From Pseudomonadota bacterium (GTDB lineage: Bacteria > Pseudomonadota > Gammaproteobacteria > Ga0077536), in NCBI GenBank assembly GCA_031417495.1, contig JANOVQ010000620.1, forward strand, positions 1 through 48,077: a stretch of 48,077 nt of DNA. Reading direction: 5' to 3'. Below the pieces are notes generated by a model, which worked only from the letters and a program-made list of their open reading frames with translations, did no database searches and was not told where the DNA came from. How positions within the stretch are numbered: the first letter of the stretch is position 1; each line of letters opens with the position of its first letter. Shown here one piece after another: positions 10,543 through 19,873 of the stretch. The position numbers and the translations under genes were made by a program.

Positions 10543-11358
10543 ATGGTGAACCCGCTTCGCGAATTGCGTGCGGCGGCCGCGCAAGCCTTCGCGCTGGCCG
10601 ATCCTGCCGCTAAATGTGCGTCTGTCGCAGCGCTGCAAACTGCTGCTGCACAAGGCGCGTTGAGCCTCGATACTGCGCACATTTTTACCACCCACCAGGA
10701 ACCCGGGCGACCCGCGCGACCGCTGCTTATTCATCCGGCAAAAGTACCGCGTCGCCGACTTGGCACACCCGCTGGACGCACTGCGCTCATTCATGCGTTG
10801 GCACATATCGAGTTCAATGCGATCAATCTCGCGCTGGATGCCATCGCGCGATTTCCTGATCTGCCCGAGGCCTATTATTTTGACTGGCTCAAGGTGGCCG
10901 GAGAAGAGGCACACCATTTCGACTTATTGGTCGCACGCTTGATGGACTTCGGTCATGGCTATGGCGATTTCCCGGCGCATGATGGGTTGTGGGAAGTGGC
11001 GGCCAAGACCTGTCACGACGTGCTCGCTCGAATGGCGTTGGTCCCGCGGATTCTCGAGGCGCGTGGCTTAGATGTCACGCCGGGTCTGCAGGCGCGGCTG
11101 CAGGCAGTGGGGGATGTGGCGTCGGCGGCGATCCTGGAAATCGTCCTGCGCGATGAAATCAAGCACGTCGCAATCGGCAATCATTGGTTCACATTTTTGT
11201 GCCGGCAACGCGGCTGTGTGCCACCCGCGACGTTTCTCACGCTGTGCGAGACACATGCGATTAAGCCGCCACATCCGCCGTTCAATGTGCCGGCGCGGCG
11301 CGCCGCAGGTTTCGACGACGACGAACTCAGCGCGTGGGTGGTTCTCGCGCAAAACTGA
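10543..11358 (+). CDS. DUF455 ferritin-like domain protein
   Basis: HALAHIEFNAINLALDA, EEAHHFDLL, YGDFPAHDGLWE, LEARGLDVTP and DEIKHVAIGNHWF match my recollection of the DUF455 di-iron-like family. Start taken at ATG 10543. Confidence 0.7.
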   Translation: MVNPLRELRAAAAQAFALADPAAKCASVAALQTAAAQGALSLDTAHIFTTHQEPGRPARPLLIHPAKVPRRRLGTPAGRTALIHALAHIEFNAINLALDAIARFPDLPEAYYFDWLKVAGEEAHHFDLLVARLMDFGHGYGDFPAHDGLWEVAAKTCHDVLARMALVPRILEARGLDVTPGLQARLQAVGDVASAAILEIVLRDEIKHVAIGNHWFTFLCRQRGCVPPATFLTLCETHAIKPPHPPFNVPARRAAGFDDDELSAWVVLAQN

Positions 11359-11755
11359 GCTCGATCCGATTGCGCTCAGCATGCCGCGCGTAGTGGGCGC
11401 TGGTGGCGAGGCCCTCGACCAACAAGATGCCAAGGCCGCCAATTCGACGATTATCAGAGTCTTCTTGCAAGACCGCCCGATCAACCGACAAAAATGGATC
11501 GTACGCGGCCCCGTCATCTTCATAGATTATCTGCACGACCTCGGCGGTGGTGTGGACACTGAGGTAGATCTTGCCTTCCACGCCATCGCGGCGGCCATGG
11601 TGGACGCTGTTCAAGAATAATTCTTCCAGGACTAGCGCGAGCTTGTGGGCCAGGTGCGAGGGCAGCGCCAATTGGTTGGCATGCGCGGCGATTTGCGCGA
11701 GTAACGGGCTGAGTTCGCTTTGGATGGCGCGAAAACCCTGTTGCTCAATCTCCAT
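11327..11755 (-). CDS. RsbW/SpoIIAB-type serine kinase (anti-sigma-factor-like HATPase)
   Basis: 142 aa from ATG 11755. N-box LEELFLNSVHHG, DDGAAYDP (G1-like) and IGGLGILLV (G2-like). The size is typical of partner-switching kinases. Confidence 0.75.
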   Translation of the reverse strand: MEIEQQGFRAIQSELSPLLAQIAAHANQLALPSHLAHKLALVLEELFLNSVHHGRRDGVEGKIYLSVHTTAEVVQIIYEDDGAAYDPFLSVDRAVLQEDSDNRRIGGLGILLVEGLATSAHYARHAERNRIELSFAREPPTR

Positions 11756-11830
11756 TTTGAGAACCCTGCAATTGCGATGTCCAAACACTACTATACGTAC
11801 GTGCCATACGGGCGCTGGGAGAATACGGCC

Positions 11831-12295
11831 ATGCCGCTGCACGTTGTGACTACTTTTTGGGCGACTATTTTGTGGTTGGGGGTTACCGTAGCAATGGGCG
11901 GATACGCCTGCGCGGCGGAGACCACCGGTATTATTAAAACCCTGCAAGGGACGGTTTCGGTAGAACGCGCCGGCACCACGCTTCCGGCCCAGCTCGGGGC
12001 GTCCGTGCTGGAAGCCGATCAGATTGTCACCGGTGGTGATGGCAGTGTCGGGGTTACCTTCCAGGACAACTCGTTGCTTTCTCTTGGTCCGAATAGCCGC
12101 CTCGCTATCGCGCATTTCAATTTTGATTCGACCACCCACGATGGCAATTTCGAAACCGTCCTGACGCGTGGCAAACTCGCGGTGATCTCGGGCAAGATAG
12201 CGAAACACCAGCAAGATGCCATGAAGGTGCGGACCCCTTCGTCTATCCTCGGCGTGCGTGGCACCGAGTTCCTGGTGGAGGTCACGGCGCCATGA
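11831..12295 (+). CDS. secreted FecR-domain protein
   Basis: The signal peptide ends YACAAE. A FecR-like beta-rich domain follows (GIIKTLQGTVSVER...DQIVTGGDGSVGVTFQDNS...LGVRGTEFLVEV). The start is ambiguous among 11720, 11780 and 11831. Confidence 0.7.
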   Translation: MPLHVVTTFWATILWLGVTVAMGGYACAAETTGIIKTLQGTVSVERAGTTLPAQLGASVLEADQIVTGGDGSVGVTFQDNSLLSLGPNSRLAIAHFNFDSTTHDGNFETVLTRGKLAVISGKIAKHQQDAMKVRTPSSILGVRGTEFLVEVTAP

Positions 12296-12894
12296 AAAGT
12301 TTGTCGGCGGCGGGCCTGCTTATTTTACTGACGGGTTGTGCCAGCGTACCAGTTGAGCACGCCGCCGATCGCGTGGTGTTGCTCCCCGGCCCGGACGGTA
12401 GGCTCGGTAAGCTGGCGGTGACGTCGTCCGCGGGTGCCACCGTGCTCGATCAAGCTTATGGCATCGCGGCGGTCAGCACCGCCGGCAAGGTGGCGAATAG
12501 TCGCGGCGACGAGGCCGTCGTTCGGCGCGATTTTGCGACCACCCTCGCTGCGCTGCCGCCGCGCCCGGTATCGCATACGCTGTATTTCGAGCACGATTCG
12601 GATCGGCTCACGCCAGCGTCGGAGGTCGCGGCACAGGCGATTCTGGTCGAGATCGCGGCGCGGCCGGTCGCCGACATCATCGTGATCGGGCATACCGATA
12701 CGGTGGGCGAGCTCGTGTACAACGACCAGCTGTCACTGCAACGTGCGAATGCCGTGCGTGCGCGCCTGATTCAACTGGGCGGTGCCGCCGGTCGGATCAG
12801 CGCGGCCGGGCGCGGCGAACGCGAGCTCGCGGTGGAAACCCGAGATGACATGCATGAGCCTAGGAATCGACGGGCCGAACTGAATGTGCGTTAA
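12292..12894 (+). CDS. OmpA-family lipoprotein (peptidoglycan-binding)
   Basis: Lipobox LLTGC. The OmpA C-terminal-like motif is GHTDTVGELVYNDQLSLQRANAV...NRRAEL. Has a 4-nt overlap with the FecR gene. Confidence 0.85.
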   Translation: MKSLSAAGLLILLTGCASVPVEHAADRVVLLPGPDGRLGKLAVTSSAGATVLDQAYGIAAVSTAGKVANSRGDEAVVRRDFATTLAALPPRPVSHTLYFEHDSDRLTPASEVAAQAILVEIAARPVADIIVIGHTDTVGELVYNDQLSLQRANAVRARLIQLGGAAGRISAAGRGERELAVETRDDMHEPRNRRAELNVR

Positions 12895-12960
12895 GTCGAG
12901 GTCCCTGAAAAGTCACGTGATTGCAACCTAAGCGGTGGGCGGGCAATTGTTCGGGCGATT

Positions 12961-13090
12961 TAGCAGGTTGGTTGGGGTGCGCACAGCGAGCCCCAGCACC
13001 TAATCGCCGCTGCGTTTACGTATCTCTCCGCCCTCCGCGCGAGTTCGCTCACCCAGTGTTGGGCTTCGCAGGCTCAGCCCAACCTACCAG
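12961..13090. repeat. inverted pair of REP-like palindromic units at a convergent gene junction
   Basis: Unit B (13052..13090) contains the hairpin GTTGGGCT-N10-AGCCCAAC (13058..13083). Unit A (12961..13005, AGGTTGGTTGGGGTGCGCACAGCGAGCCCCAGCAC) resembles the reverse complement of unit B. The region has no ORF and lies between the two stop codons at 12894 and 13118. Confidence 0.5.
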
Positions 13091-13117
13091 ATGACCTGGT
13101 TTCGTCTTTCCGCGCTG

Positions 13118-15202
13118 CTACGTGGTCCGGCGCAGACACAATAACGTAATGTCGTCGGCTTGTTCGGTGTCGCCCACGAAGGAGGCGAGCGTCGCAGTCA
13201 CTGTGTGAATGAGTTCGGCGGCGGTCGCCTCGGGTGCTGCCGCGCGCAGGCAGGCATGCCAGCGCGCGGCGCCGAATAATTCACCGGTGGCGTTGTTCGC
13301 CTCGGTTACCCCGTCGGTTACCAGGCAGACCGCAGCGCCTGCCGTGAGGCTCGCATGGGAGGTCTCGTAGTGGTAGTCGTCCAACGCGCAAAGCGGAGGG
13401 CCTGAGCCGGAGAAAGGAGTCTCCAACGCGCCGTCCAGCAGGAGCGCGGGGCTGTCGTGTCCCGCATTCGACCAACGTAATGCGCCGGTATCGAGATTGA
13501 GTTCTGCCGCAAACACCGTGAGGAAGAGAAATTCCGGGTTGTCGTGGGTAAGCGCGCGATTCGCTGCGCTGAGGGCGGGCCCGGGATCCCCCTCAGCGCG
13601 CAGCACGGCGCCGCGGATCTGCGCCTTGGCCAAGGCCATGAACAATGCGCTCGGCAAGCCTTTACCGGACACATCGCCCACCAGCAGGAAGAGGCGCCGC
13701 TCGTCCAGCAGAAAAAAATCGTAGAGATCCCCGCCCACTGATTTTGCGGGCACCATGGCGCTGCCGAGAGTGAAGCGATGGTCGTGTGCGAACTCCCGTG
13801 GCTCGGGCAGCATGCCGAGCTGAATACGCCGCGCGGCATCCATCTCGCCCTGCATGCGCACCTCCGCTTCACGCGCGTGGGCCAATTCACGGTGCAAATT
13901 TCGACGTTGCGCCCGGGTCTCGGCCAACACCGCGCCCAAGGTGGATAACAGAACGAGCGCGCCGCCCATGCTGGGGTTGGCCACATCGAGCAACCAACCG
14001 CGCGCGACGAACGCCGCCATCGCGCCACCGGCGAGCGCGGCGCAGGTGGCCGCAAAACAGAGGATGGCGAGCAACGGTGGCCAGTAGATCACGCTCGCAA
14101 TCGCGCCGACACCGAGCCCCAGCAGGACCACAACTTCGAGTGTCGCGGTACGGTTGGTGCGCGTCAGCAGGCGCCCAGCCAGGGCATTTTCGAGGGCTTC
14201 AGCGTGGGCCTCCACCCCGGGCATGCGTCCCAATGGCGTCGCGACCGTATCCTGCAGGCCAAGTGCGGTGTAACCGATCAGCACGATCCGCCCGCGCAGG
14301 ATGTCGTGCTCGAGCTTGTCGCGCAGGACGTCGGCCGCCGAATAGGCCGGGCGCTCTTCCCAGCGCGAGAAATGCAGCCACCATTCGCCATTCGCGTCAG
14401 TTGGGATGCGGATACCCGCCACTTGGACCGCGCGAATACCAGCGCTGGACATTTCAACCCGCAGCGGATCGGTGCCGCCGAGATAGCGCAGGGCTTCCAC
14501 GGCGAGACCAGGGACGAGATGCCCCGCGGTGGTCCCGATCAAGGTCGGCAGGCGGCGCAGAATGCCCTGCTCGGCATCGGCGTTCAGCGCCCCGTGGCCG
14601 CGCGCGGCGTTATCCAGGACGGGCAGATTGCGCAGTAATCCGGGATAGCGGCGCACGAAATCGAGCGCGTTACCGCCGCGCTGGAGGATTAGGCTCGCCG
14701 CCGTCGTCGCCGCAGGCTGGGCCGCGGCTTCGGGGATGCCGGCCACGGCAAGGACCACCGGCGCGGCGCTGAGTGCGCGGGTCAGTTCCACGTCGCCATC
14801 AGGCAAAGTGGCGACCAGCCGCGCCGCGTCCTGTGGGTCGAGGCCAAGTTGCATTGCAAGCGCATGCGGCGCGTATTGATCTGGTTCGACAAACAAGGCA
14901 TCGATCACGATGACGGCGGGTTTGGCGGCGGCGATCTGGGCGATGAGGCCCGCCATGCGGGCACGTGGCCATGGCCATTGGCCAAAGGCCGCCAAGCTGC
15001 GTTCGTCGATTTCGACGATAACCACCGGCGCGGTGGTCCGGGCGCGCGGAAAGAGGCGCTGATAGACATCGAACCACTCGGTGCGCAGCAGGGTTTCCAA
15101 GCGGGTATCCCCCACCGCCAAAGTCACCGTGACTAAGGTTAATACGCCCAGGCCAATCAGCGCGGCGCTCCAGGGCGTGCGGGCGCGGCGCTCTTCACTC
15201 AC
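13118..15202 (-). CDS. CHASE2 sensor / PP2C (SpoIIE-type) serine phosphatase
   Basis: 694 aa. The order is an N-terminal TM helix, a roughly 330-aa periplasmic region of CHASE2 type, three TM helices, a coiled coil, then a PP2C domain with GDVSGKGLPSALFMA and VTDGVTEA. Confidence 0.8.
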   Translation of the reverse strand: MSEERRARTPWSAALIGLGVLTLVTVTLAVGDTRLETLLRTEWFDVYQRLFPRARTTAPVVIVEIDERSLAAFGQWPWPRARMAGLIAQIAAAKPAVIVIDALFVEPDQYAPHALAMQLGLDPQDAARLVATLPDGDVELTRALSAAPVVLAVAGIPEAAAQPAATTAASLILQRGGNALDFVRRYPGLLRNLPVLDNAARGHGALNADAEQGILRRLPTLIGTTAGHLVPGLAVEALRYLGGTDPLRVEMSSAGIRAVQVAGIRIPTDANGEWWLHFSRWEERPAYSAADVLRDKLEHDILRGRIVLIGYTALGLQDTVATPLGRMPGVEAHAEALENALAGRLLTRTNRTATLEVVVLLGLGVGAIASVIYWPPLLAILCFAATCAALAGGAMAAFVARGWLLDVANPSMGGALVLLSTLGAVLAETRAQRRNLHRELAHAREAEVRMQGEMDAARRIQLGMLPEPREFAHDHRFTLGSAMVPAKSVGGDLYDFFLLDERRLFLLVGDVSGKGLPSALFMALAKAQIRGAVLRAEGDPGPALSAANRALTHDNPEFLFLTVFAAELNLDTGALRWSNAGHDSPALLLDGALETPFSGSGPPLCALDDYHYETSHASLTAGAAVCLVTDGVTEANNATGELFGAARWHACLRAAAPEATAAELIHTVTATLASFVGDTEQADDITLLCLRRTT

Positions 15203-16182
15203 CTGGCGGCGAGATCGATTTCGAGACCGTCGTAGGCGGTGGTGACTTTCAGTGGCGGGCGTCCATTACGCGAGATTTCTTCGAAGCGGCGGGTCTCGGC
15301 CTCGACGCTCGCAATGCGCGTGTCATCGAACATCGGTTCGTGATGAAACAACGCGAGATGGCGGGCGCCGGCCATCTGGCACAGCTCAACCCCGGTGACA
15401 TTGCTGGAATGCCCCCAATCCTCCTTTACCGACACGGCTTCGGCGAACGAATACATCGCGTCAAAAATCACGAGATCGGCCGCGCGGAAAAAATCGACGA
15501 AGCGCTCGGTGATTTTGGGTTCATCGAGTTTGTGCTCGGAATCTGTCGAATACACCAGCGTGTGCTGTTGAGTTTCGAAGCGATAACCATAGGAATCGCC
15601 AACGTGTAATTGGCGGAGCGGGGTGACCTGCAGGCCCGCGATTGTGTGGCACCGGTCTGCGGTTAGGGTGATGAATTCGATGCGCGCGCCTAATTGATCG
15701 AACTCCACCGGAAACGAGGGCGTCCCGTGTTGGCGCCGAAAAGCAGCTTCGAGGTCGGCATGACAGCCATAAATCCGAATCTGATTACCGGGAATATAGG
15801 CGGGCGCAAACAACGGGAAGCCCATGATGTGATCCCAGTGCACATGGGACATAAACACATGGAAAATATTTGGCGTTTGCGCGCCATGCTGGGCGAGTAC
15901 CGCATTGCCAAACGGGCGGACACCGCTGCCGAGATCGCACAGCACATATTCATGCGAGTGCTGGCTTGGCGGCGTGAGCTCCAGCTCAACACAACTTGAG
16001 TGCCCGCCATAGGTTTGTGCGAGATGAAAGGGCAGGGTTAGCGCGAACGCCTGTGCTTCTTCAAGAGTGGCATATTGACGGCCTTGGGCGGCGAGTAAGG
16101 CGTGGCCAATTTTGCGCGCCACCTGCGTGGCCGTCAGCGAAACCGGCAACGAACCCCGTGTGCCCCAGAACCGCGCGCGCAT
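15199..16182 (-). CDS. MBL-fold metallo-hydrolase (paralog 1)
   Basis: Has the HVHWDH (HxHxDH) motif, N-terminal RFWGTRGS and GGHSSCVE. The 4-nt overlap with the phosphatase gene suggests translational coupling. Confidence 0.8.
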   Translation of the reverse strand: MRARFWGTRGSLPVSLTATQVARKIGHALLAAQGRQYATLEEAQAFALTLPFHLAQTYGGHSSCVELELTPPSQHSHEYVLCDLGSGVRPFGNAVLAQHGAQTPNIFHVFMSHVHWDHIMGFPLFAPAYIPGNQIRIYGCHADLEAAFRRQHGTPSFPVEFDQLGARIEFITLTADRCHTIAGLQVTPLRQLHVGDSYGYRFETQQHTLVYSTDSEHKLDEPKITERFVDFFRAADLVIFDAMYSFAEAVSVKEDWGHSSNVTGVELCQMAGARHLALFHHEPMFDDTRIASVEAETRRFEEISRNGRPPLKVTTAYDGLEIDLAAR

Positions 16183-16185
16183 CCT

Positions 16186-16554
16186 TCACGCGCTCAGCTG
16201 ACTGCCGGGAGACAGCGCCTGCAGTCCGTCGGCTACGGTGGCGTACACCGGAAATACCAGATTGAAGCGGGTGATTTCCAGCACTTCGCGCACCACGGAA
16301 TGGGGTGCTGCGACGGCGATTTCGCCGCCCACCGGCTTTGTTCGCTTGGTCGCGACCATCAACACGCGCAGCCCGGCACTGCTGATGTAGTCGAGTGCCG
16401 AGAGATCGAATAACAAGCGATCACCGCCTGTTTTGCAGTTCTCGAGATACGGCGCGAGCGCAGCGTTGAAGGTGGCGGCTGCTTCGTGATCGATGCGCCC
16501 GAGCGGTTTGAGCACGATCACGTCGGCACGGCGTTCGAACGACAGTTCCATCAA
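16186..16554 (-). CDS. STAS-domain anti-sigma-factor antagonist (SpoIIAA/RsbV-like)
   Basis: 122 aa. DLSALDYISSAGLRVL carries the conserved phosphorylatable Ser context. It ends 3 nt before the MBL start. Confidence 0.8.
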   Translation of the reverse strand: MMELSFERRADVIVLKPLGRIDHEAAATFNAALAPYLENCKTGGDRLLFDLSALDYISSAGLRVLMVATKRTKPVGGEIAVAAPHSVVREVLEITRFNLVFPVYATVADGLQALSPGSQLSA

Positions 16555-16639
16555 TGATCCTCTAGCGAATGACGGCCGGCGGGCAGTAATTTGGAGGCCG
16601 ATTCTAGGCGCTGCAGAGGACTCACGGCAAATACGCCTC

Positions 16640-17458
16640 TCAGTGCTGCCGGAGTTTGCGCAATTCCCGGATGGCCTTGCGATGGAAGGGATTTAACCAG
16701 CTCGCGCACAGCCGCTGGAGGACCCAAATGAAGCGGGCGTAGCCCGGAAAAACAATCACGGCCTGATTCCGCGCGACCCCACGCAGGATGGCGATCGCCG
16801 CGCGCTCGGTCGCGAGGGGCGTGAAGGGCATATTTTGCAGCATGCGTTCCCGATCAAGGTTGATGAACGGAGTCGCCTGATAGATGTTCGACTGAATGAA
16901 GCCCGGGCAAACCGCGCTCACTTTCACGCCCAGATCTTCGCCTTCGGCGCGCAGCGACAGCGATAACCCGACCACTGCGTGCTTGCTGGTGGCATACGGC
17001 GCATTGCTCGGAAAGGGAATCAGCCCCGCCAGTGAGGCAATGTTCACAATGTGCCCGTGGCCCTGGGCCGCCATCTGTTTGTAGGCCCCATTCGTGCCAT
17101 AGACCACGCCCATGAGATTCACCTCGAGTACCTTCCGCCAATGTTCAAGGCTGAGATCGCGTGCGTCGCCGGCCACCGAGACTCCCGCGTTATTGAACAT
17201 CAGATCCAGCCGGCCATAGGTTTTTACGGTGGCGGCGATCAGCTGCGCAACCTGGGCCGCATCCGTCACATCAAGCGTCTCCGCACTGGCCTGTCCGCCG
17301 GTGGCCGTGATTTCCTGGGCGACTGCGCGCGCCGCGTCACCTGCGATATCGGCGCAGATTACACGTGCGCCCCGCCGGCAGAGTTCACGGCTTAGGGCGG
17401 CGCCGATGCCTGAGCCCGCGCCCGTGATGATCGTGATGCAGTCTCGGAATTCTCGCAT
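16640..17458 (-). CDS. SDR family oxidoreductase
   Basis: TGAGSGIG Rossmann motif, NNAG, and YATSKHAV (YxxxK) catalytic motif. Confidence 0.85.
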   Translation of the reverse strand: MREFRDCITIITGAGSGIGAALSRELCRRGARVICADIAGDAARAVAQEITATGGQASAETLDVTDAAQVAQLIAATVKTYGRLDLMFNNAGVSVAGDARDLSLEHWRKVLEVNLMGVVYGTNGAYKQMAAQGHGHIVNIASLAGLIPFPSNAPYATSKHAVVGLSLSLRAEGEDLGVKVSAVCPGFIQSNIYQATPFINLDRERMLQNMPFTPLATERAAIAILRGVARNQAVIVFPGYARFIWVLQRLCASWLNPFHRKAIRELRKLRQH

Positions 17459-17598
17459 GTGAGTGCCTTTGCGGTGGTTAACGTTGGTTGGCTCGCGCGG
17501 CTACCGAATACCTCCGGCAGTGCTGGTGCCGCCTAGGCACTACGGCACAGTACACTTGGTGGCGATGATGGCCAACCCGCCAACGGCACCAAAATCTG

Positions 17599-17629
17599 CC
17601 CTTTAAACTTATTCACCGCGGACCCATCT
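17599..17629 (+). promoter_or_regulatory. candidate sigma32 (RpoH) heat-shock promoter for htpX
   Basis: CCCTTTAA (17599..17606), a 15-nt spacer, then ACCCATCT (17622..17629), against the consensus CCCTTGAA-N13-15-CCCCATNT. It sits about 45 nt upstream of the htpX start. Confidence 0.45.
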
Positions 17630-17672
17630 AACGGACTAGCTGCACTAAGCTAATACAGAAGGGGTGATGAAT

Positions 17673-18560
17673 ATGAAACGGATTGGCTTATTCCTGCTCA
17701 CCAACCTCGCCGTGATGGCAGTGATTGCCGTGATGTTCCGCCTGCTCGGCTTCGACACCATGGCGAGCCGGAGCGGTGGCGGGTTGAATCTTTCCAGCTT
17801 GCTGGTGATGTCGGCCATCATCGGGTTTGCAGGATCGCTGGTGTCGCTCGCGATGTCTAAATGGAGCGCGATTCGGATGATGGGCGCGCGCGTGATCACC
17901 AATCCCGGCAACGCCAACGAAACGTGGTTGGTGGAGACGGTGCGGCGGCAGGCCGAGCGGACAGGCATCGGCATGCCGGATGTCGCGATTTTCGAGGCCC
18001 AGGAACCCAATGCGTTTGCCACCGGCGCGCGGCGTGATCATGCGCTGGTGGCGGTCAGTACTGGTCTGCTCCAAGCCATGAGCCGTGACGAAGTCGAAGC
18101 GGTGCTCGCCCACGAGGTGAGCCATGTGGCGAATGGAGACATGGTGACCTTGACTCTCATCCAAGGCGTCGTGAATACCTTCGTGGTGTTTTTTTCGCGC
18201 TTGGTCGGCCAGCTGCTTGACCGCGCGATCTTCCGTTCGGAGAACGGGCATGGTCCCGGTTTTTTTATCACATCTTTTGTGGCCCAGATTCTGTTCGGAA
18301 TTCTGGCTAGCGCGATCGTGATGTGGTTCTCGCGCCAGCGCGAGTTTAGGGCCGATGCGGGCGCCGCTACATTGGCCGGCCGCGCCAAGATGATCGCAGC
18401 GCTGGAGCGCTTAAATGCCGCGCATAACCCGCAGGATCTGCCCGATCAGCTCGCGGCTTTTGGCATCAGCGGAGGGGGTACGGGCGGGTTGAAGGCGCTG
18501 TTTCTGTCGCACCCGCCGCTCGCGGAGAGGATCGCGGCGTTACGCGCGGGGGCGGCATGA
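17673..18560 (+). CDS. htpX: zinc metalloprotease HtpX
   Basis: [15 protein letters not shown] aligns with the E. coli HtpX N-terminus. [10 protein letters not shown] (HExxH) and [12 protein letters not shown] are present. ATG 17673 sits 8 nt after GAAGGGG; GTG 17664 and ATG 17667 are alternatives. Confidence 0.92.
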   Translation: MKRIGLFLLTNLAVMAVIAVMFRLLGFDTMASRSGGGLNLSSLLVMSAIIGFAGSLVSLAMSKWSAIRMMGARVITNPGNANETWLVETVRRQAERTGIGMPDVAIFEAQEPNAFATGARRDHALVAVSTGLLQAMSRDEVEAVLAHEVSHVANGDMVTLTLIQGVVNTFVVFFSRLVGQLLDRAIFRSENGHGPGFFITSFVAQILFGILASAIVMWFSRQREFRADAGAATLAGRAKMIAALERLNAAHNPQDLPDQLAAFGISGGGTGGLKALFLSHPPLAERIAALRAGAA

Positions 18561-18591
18561 CCGTAATGGTTTGTAGGAGCGACCAGAATTT

Positions 18592-19008
18592 CTAAGCCAC
18601 CCGTTGCGCGCGCTGCTCCGGCGCCCAGCTGCCGCGACGATGGTTCTGGGTGGCGACTTGCGCCGGCGTAAAGCGTTCTTTGAGAAGGTCTACGCATTTT
18701 TTCGGATCGGCTTCGCCACACATGAACACATCGATTGCCGCGTAGCCCACCTCAGGCCAGGTATGGATGGTGATATGGCTTTCGGCGAGCACCGTGACGC
18801 CGCTGACCCCTTGTCCATCCCCAAAATGGTGATAGTGCGAATGGAGAATCGTCGCACCGGCCGCGCGCGCGCCATCTTCCAACGCGCGGCAGATGTATTC
18901 CGGTTCCATCAAGTGTTCAGCACCCCAGAATTCGACCAATAGATGATCACCGGCGTAACGCGCACCGGTAGCGTCGGTCTTGAAGTGATCCAGGGAACTG
19001 TCGTTCAT
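18592..19008 (-). CDS. speD: S-adenosylmethionine decarboxylase proenzyme (small, SpeH-type)
   Basis: VTVLAESHITIHTWPEVGYAAIDVFMCGE is the canonical self-processing Glu-Ser site and HTWPE motif. Has a 4-nt overlap with speE. Confidence 0.88.
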   Translation of the reverse strand: MNDSSLDHFKTDATGARYAGDHLLVEFWGAEHLMEPEYICRALEDGARAAGATILHSHYHHFGDGQGVSGVTVLAESHITIHTWPEVGYAAIDVFMCGEADPKKCVDLLKERFTPAQVATQNHRRGSWAPEQRAQRVA

Positions 19009-19868
19009 GCCAATCCTCCCGTAATTTCAGTCATCCAGCGCGGTAAAACAAAGCTCGCGCAGTGGAGCTCTGGCGTGTAGTGCTTGGTCGCGAAGCCGGC
19101 CGCTCTGAAGCGCGCCTGGAGGGCGGGCAGTTCCGGCTGCAGCGCGCTCACCTGATCGCTCGCGAGGCCCAAGGTCATCGTGCCGCCGTAATAGGTCGGC
19201 ACCGCGATCCCGTAACAACGCGCCTTCAGGCCTAAGTCACGCAGCAACTGCATGCTCTGGCGAGATTCCTGTGGCTGTAAAAAGATCACACCATCCTGCA
19301 GGGCGAGCACGCCACCCGGGTTCAAGGCCTTGCGACACAGGTCATAGAAGGTGCGCGAGAACAGCACTTCACCGGCGCCGACCGGATCTGTTGAATCGAC
19401 CAGGATCGCGTCGTACTTGCGGGTTTCCCGCTGCATGAATTTAAAAGCGTCTTCAATCACGAGTTCGGCGCGGGGATCGCGATAAATAGCACCGGCGAGG
19501 TTCAGTGACGGCATCTGCGTCACGCAAAAATCCACCACCGTGCGATCAATTTCGACCATATCGACATGGTCAATGGGGTGCTTGAGCACCTCGCGCAGGA
19601 TTCCCCCATCACCACCACCAACGATCATCACACGCCGCGGTTGCGCCGAAGCGAACAACGGCACGTGGGTCAGCATCTCGTGATAAACGAACTCATCTTT
19701 TTCGGTGGTCTGCACGATGCCGTCGAGCACCAGCACTTTGCCCCAGCGCTGGGTCGCAAAGATCTGCACCTTTTGAAAAGGGGTCGCACCCTCAAAGAGC
19801 AGGGCGTCGGCGGTAAACCCTTGGAAAACCTCGTCGCCGTACAAGGTTTCTTGAAAGCGTATCCCCAC
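19005..19868 (-). CDS. speE: polyamine aminopropyltransferase (spermidine synthase)
   Basis: VMIVGGGDGGILREV, VEIDRTVVD and DAILVDSTDPVG motifs. Confidence 0.9.
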   Translation of the reverse strand: MGIRFQETLYGDEVFQGFTADALLFEGATPFQKVQIFATQRWGKVLVLDGIVQTTEKDEFVYHEMLTHVPLFASAQPRRVMIVGGGDGGILREVLKHPIDHVDMVEIDRTVVDFCVTQMPSLNLAGAIYRDPRAELVIEDAFKFMQRETRKYDAILVDSTDPVGAGEVLFSRTFYDLCRKALNPGGVLALQDGVIFLQPQESRQSMQLLRDLGLKARCYGIAVPTYYGGTMTLGLASDQVSALQPELPALQARFRAAGFATKHYTPELHCASFVLPRWMTEITGGLA

Positions 19869-19873
19869 TATGG

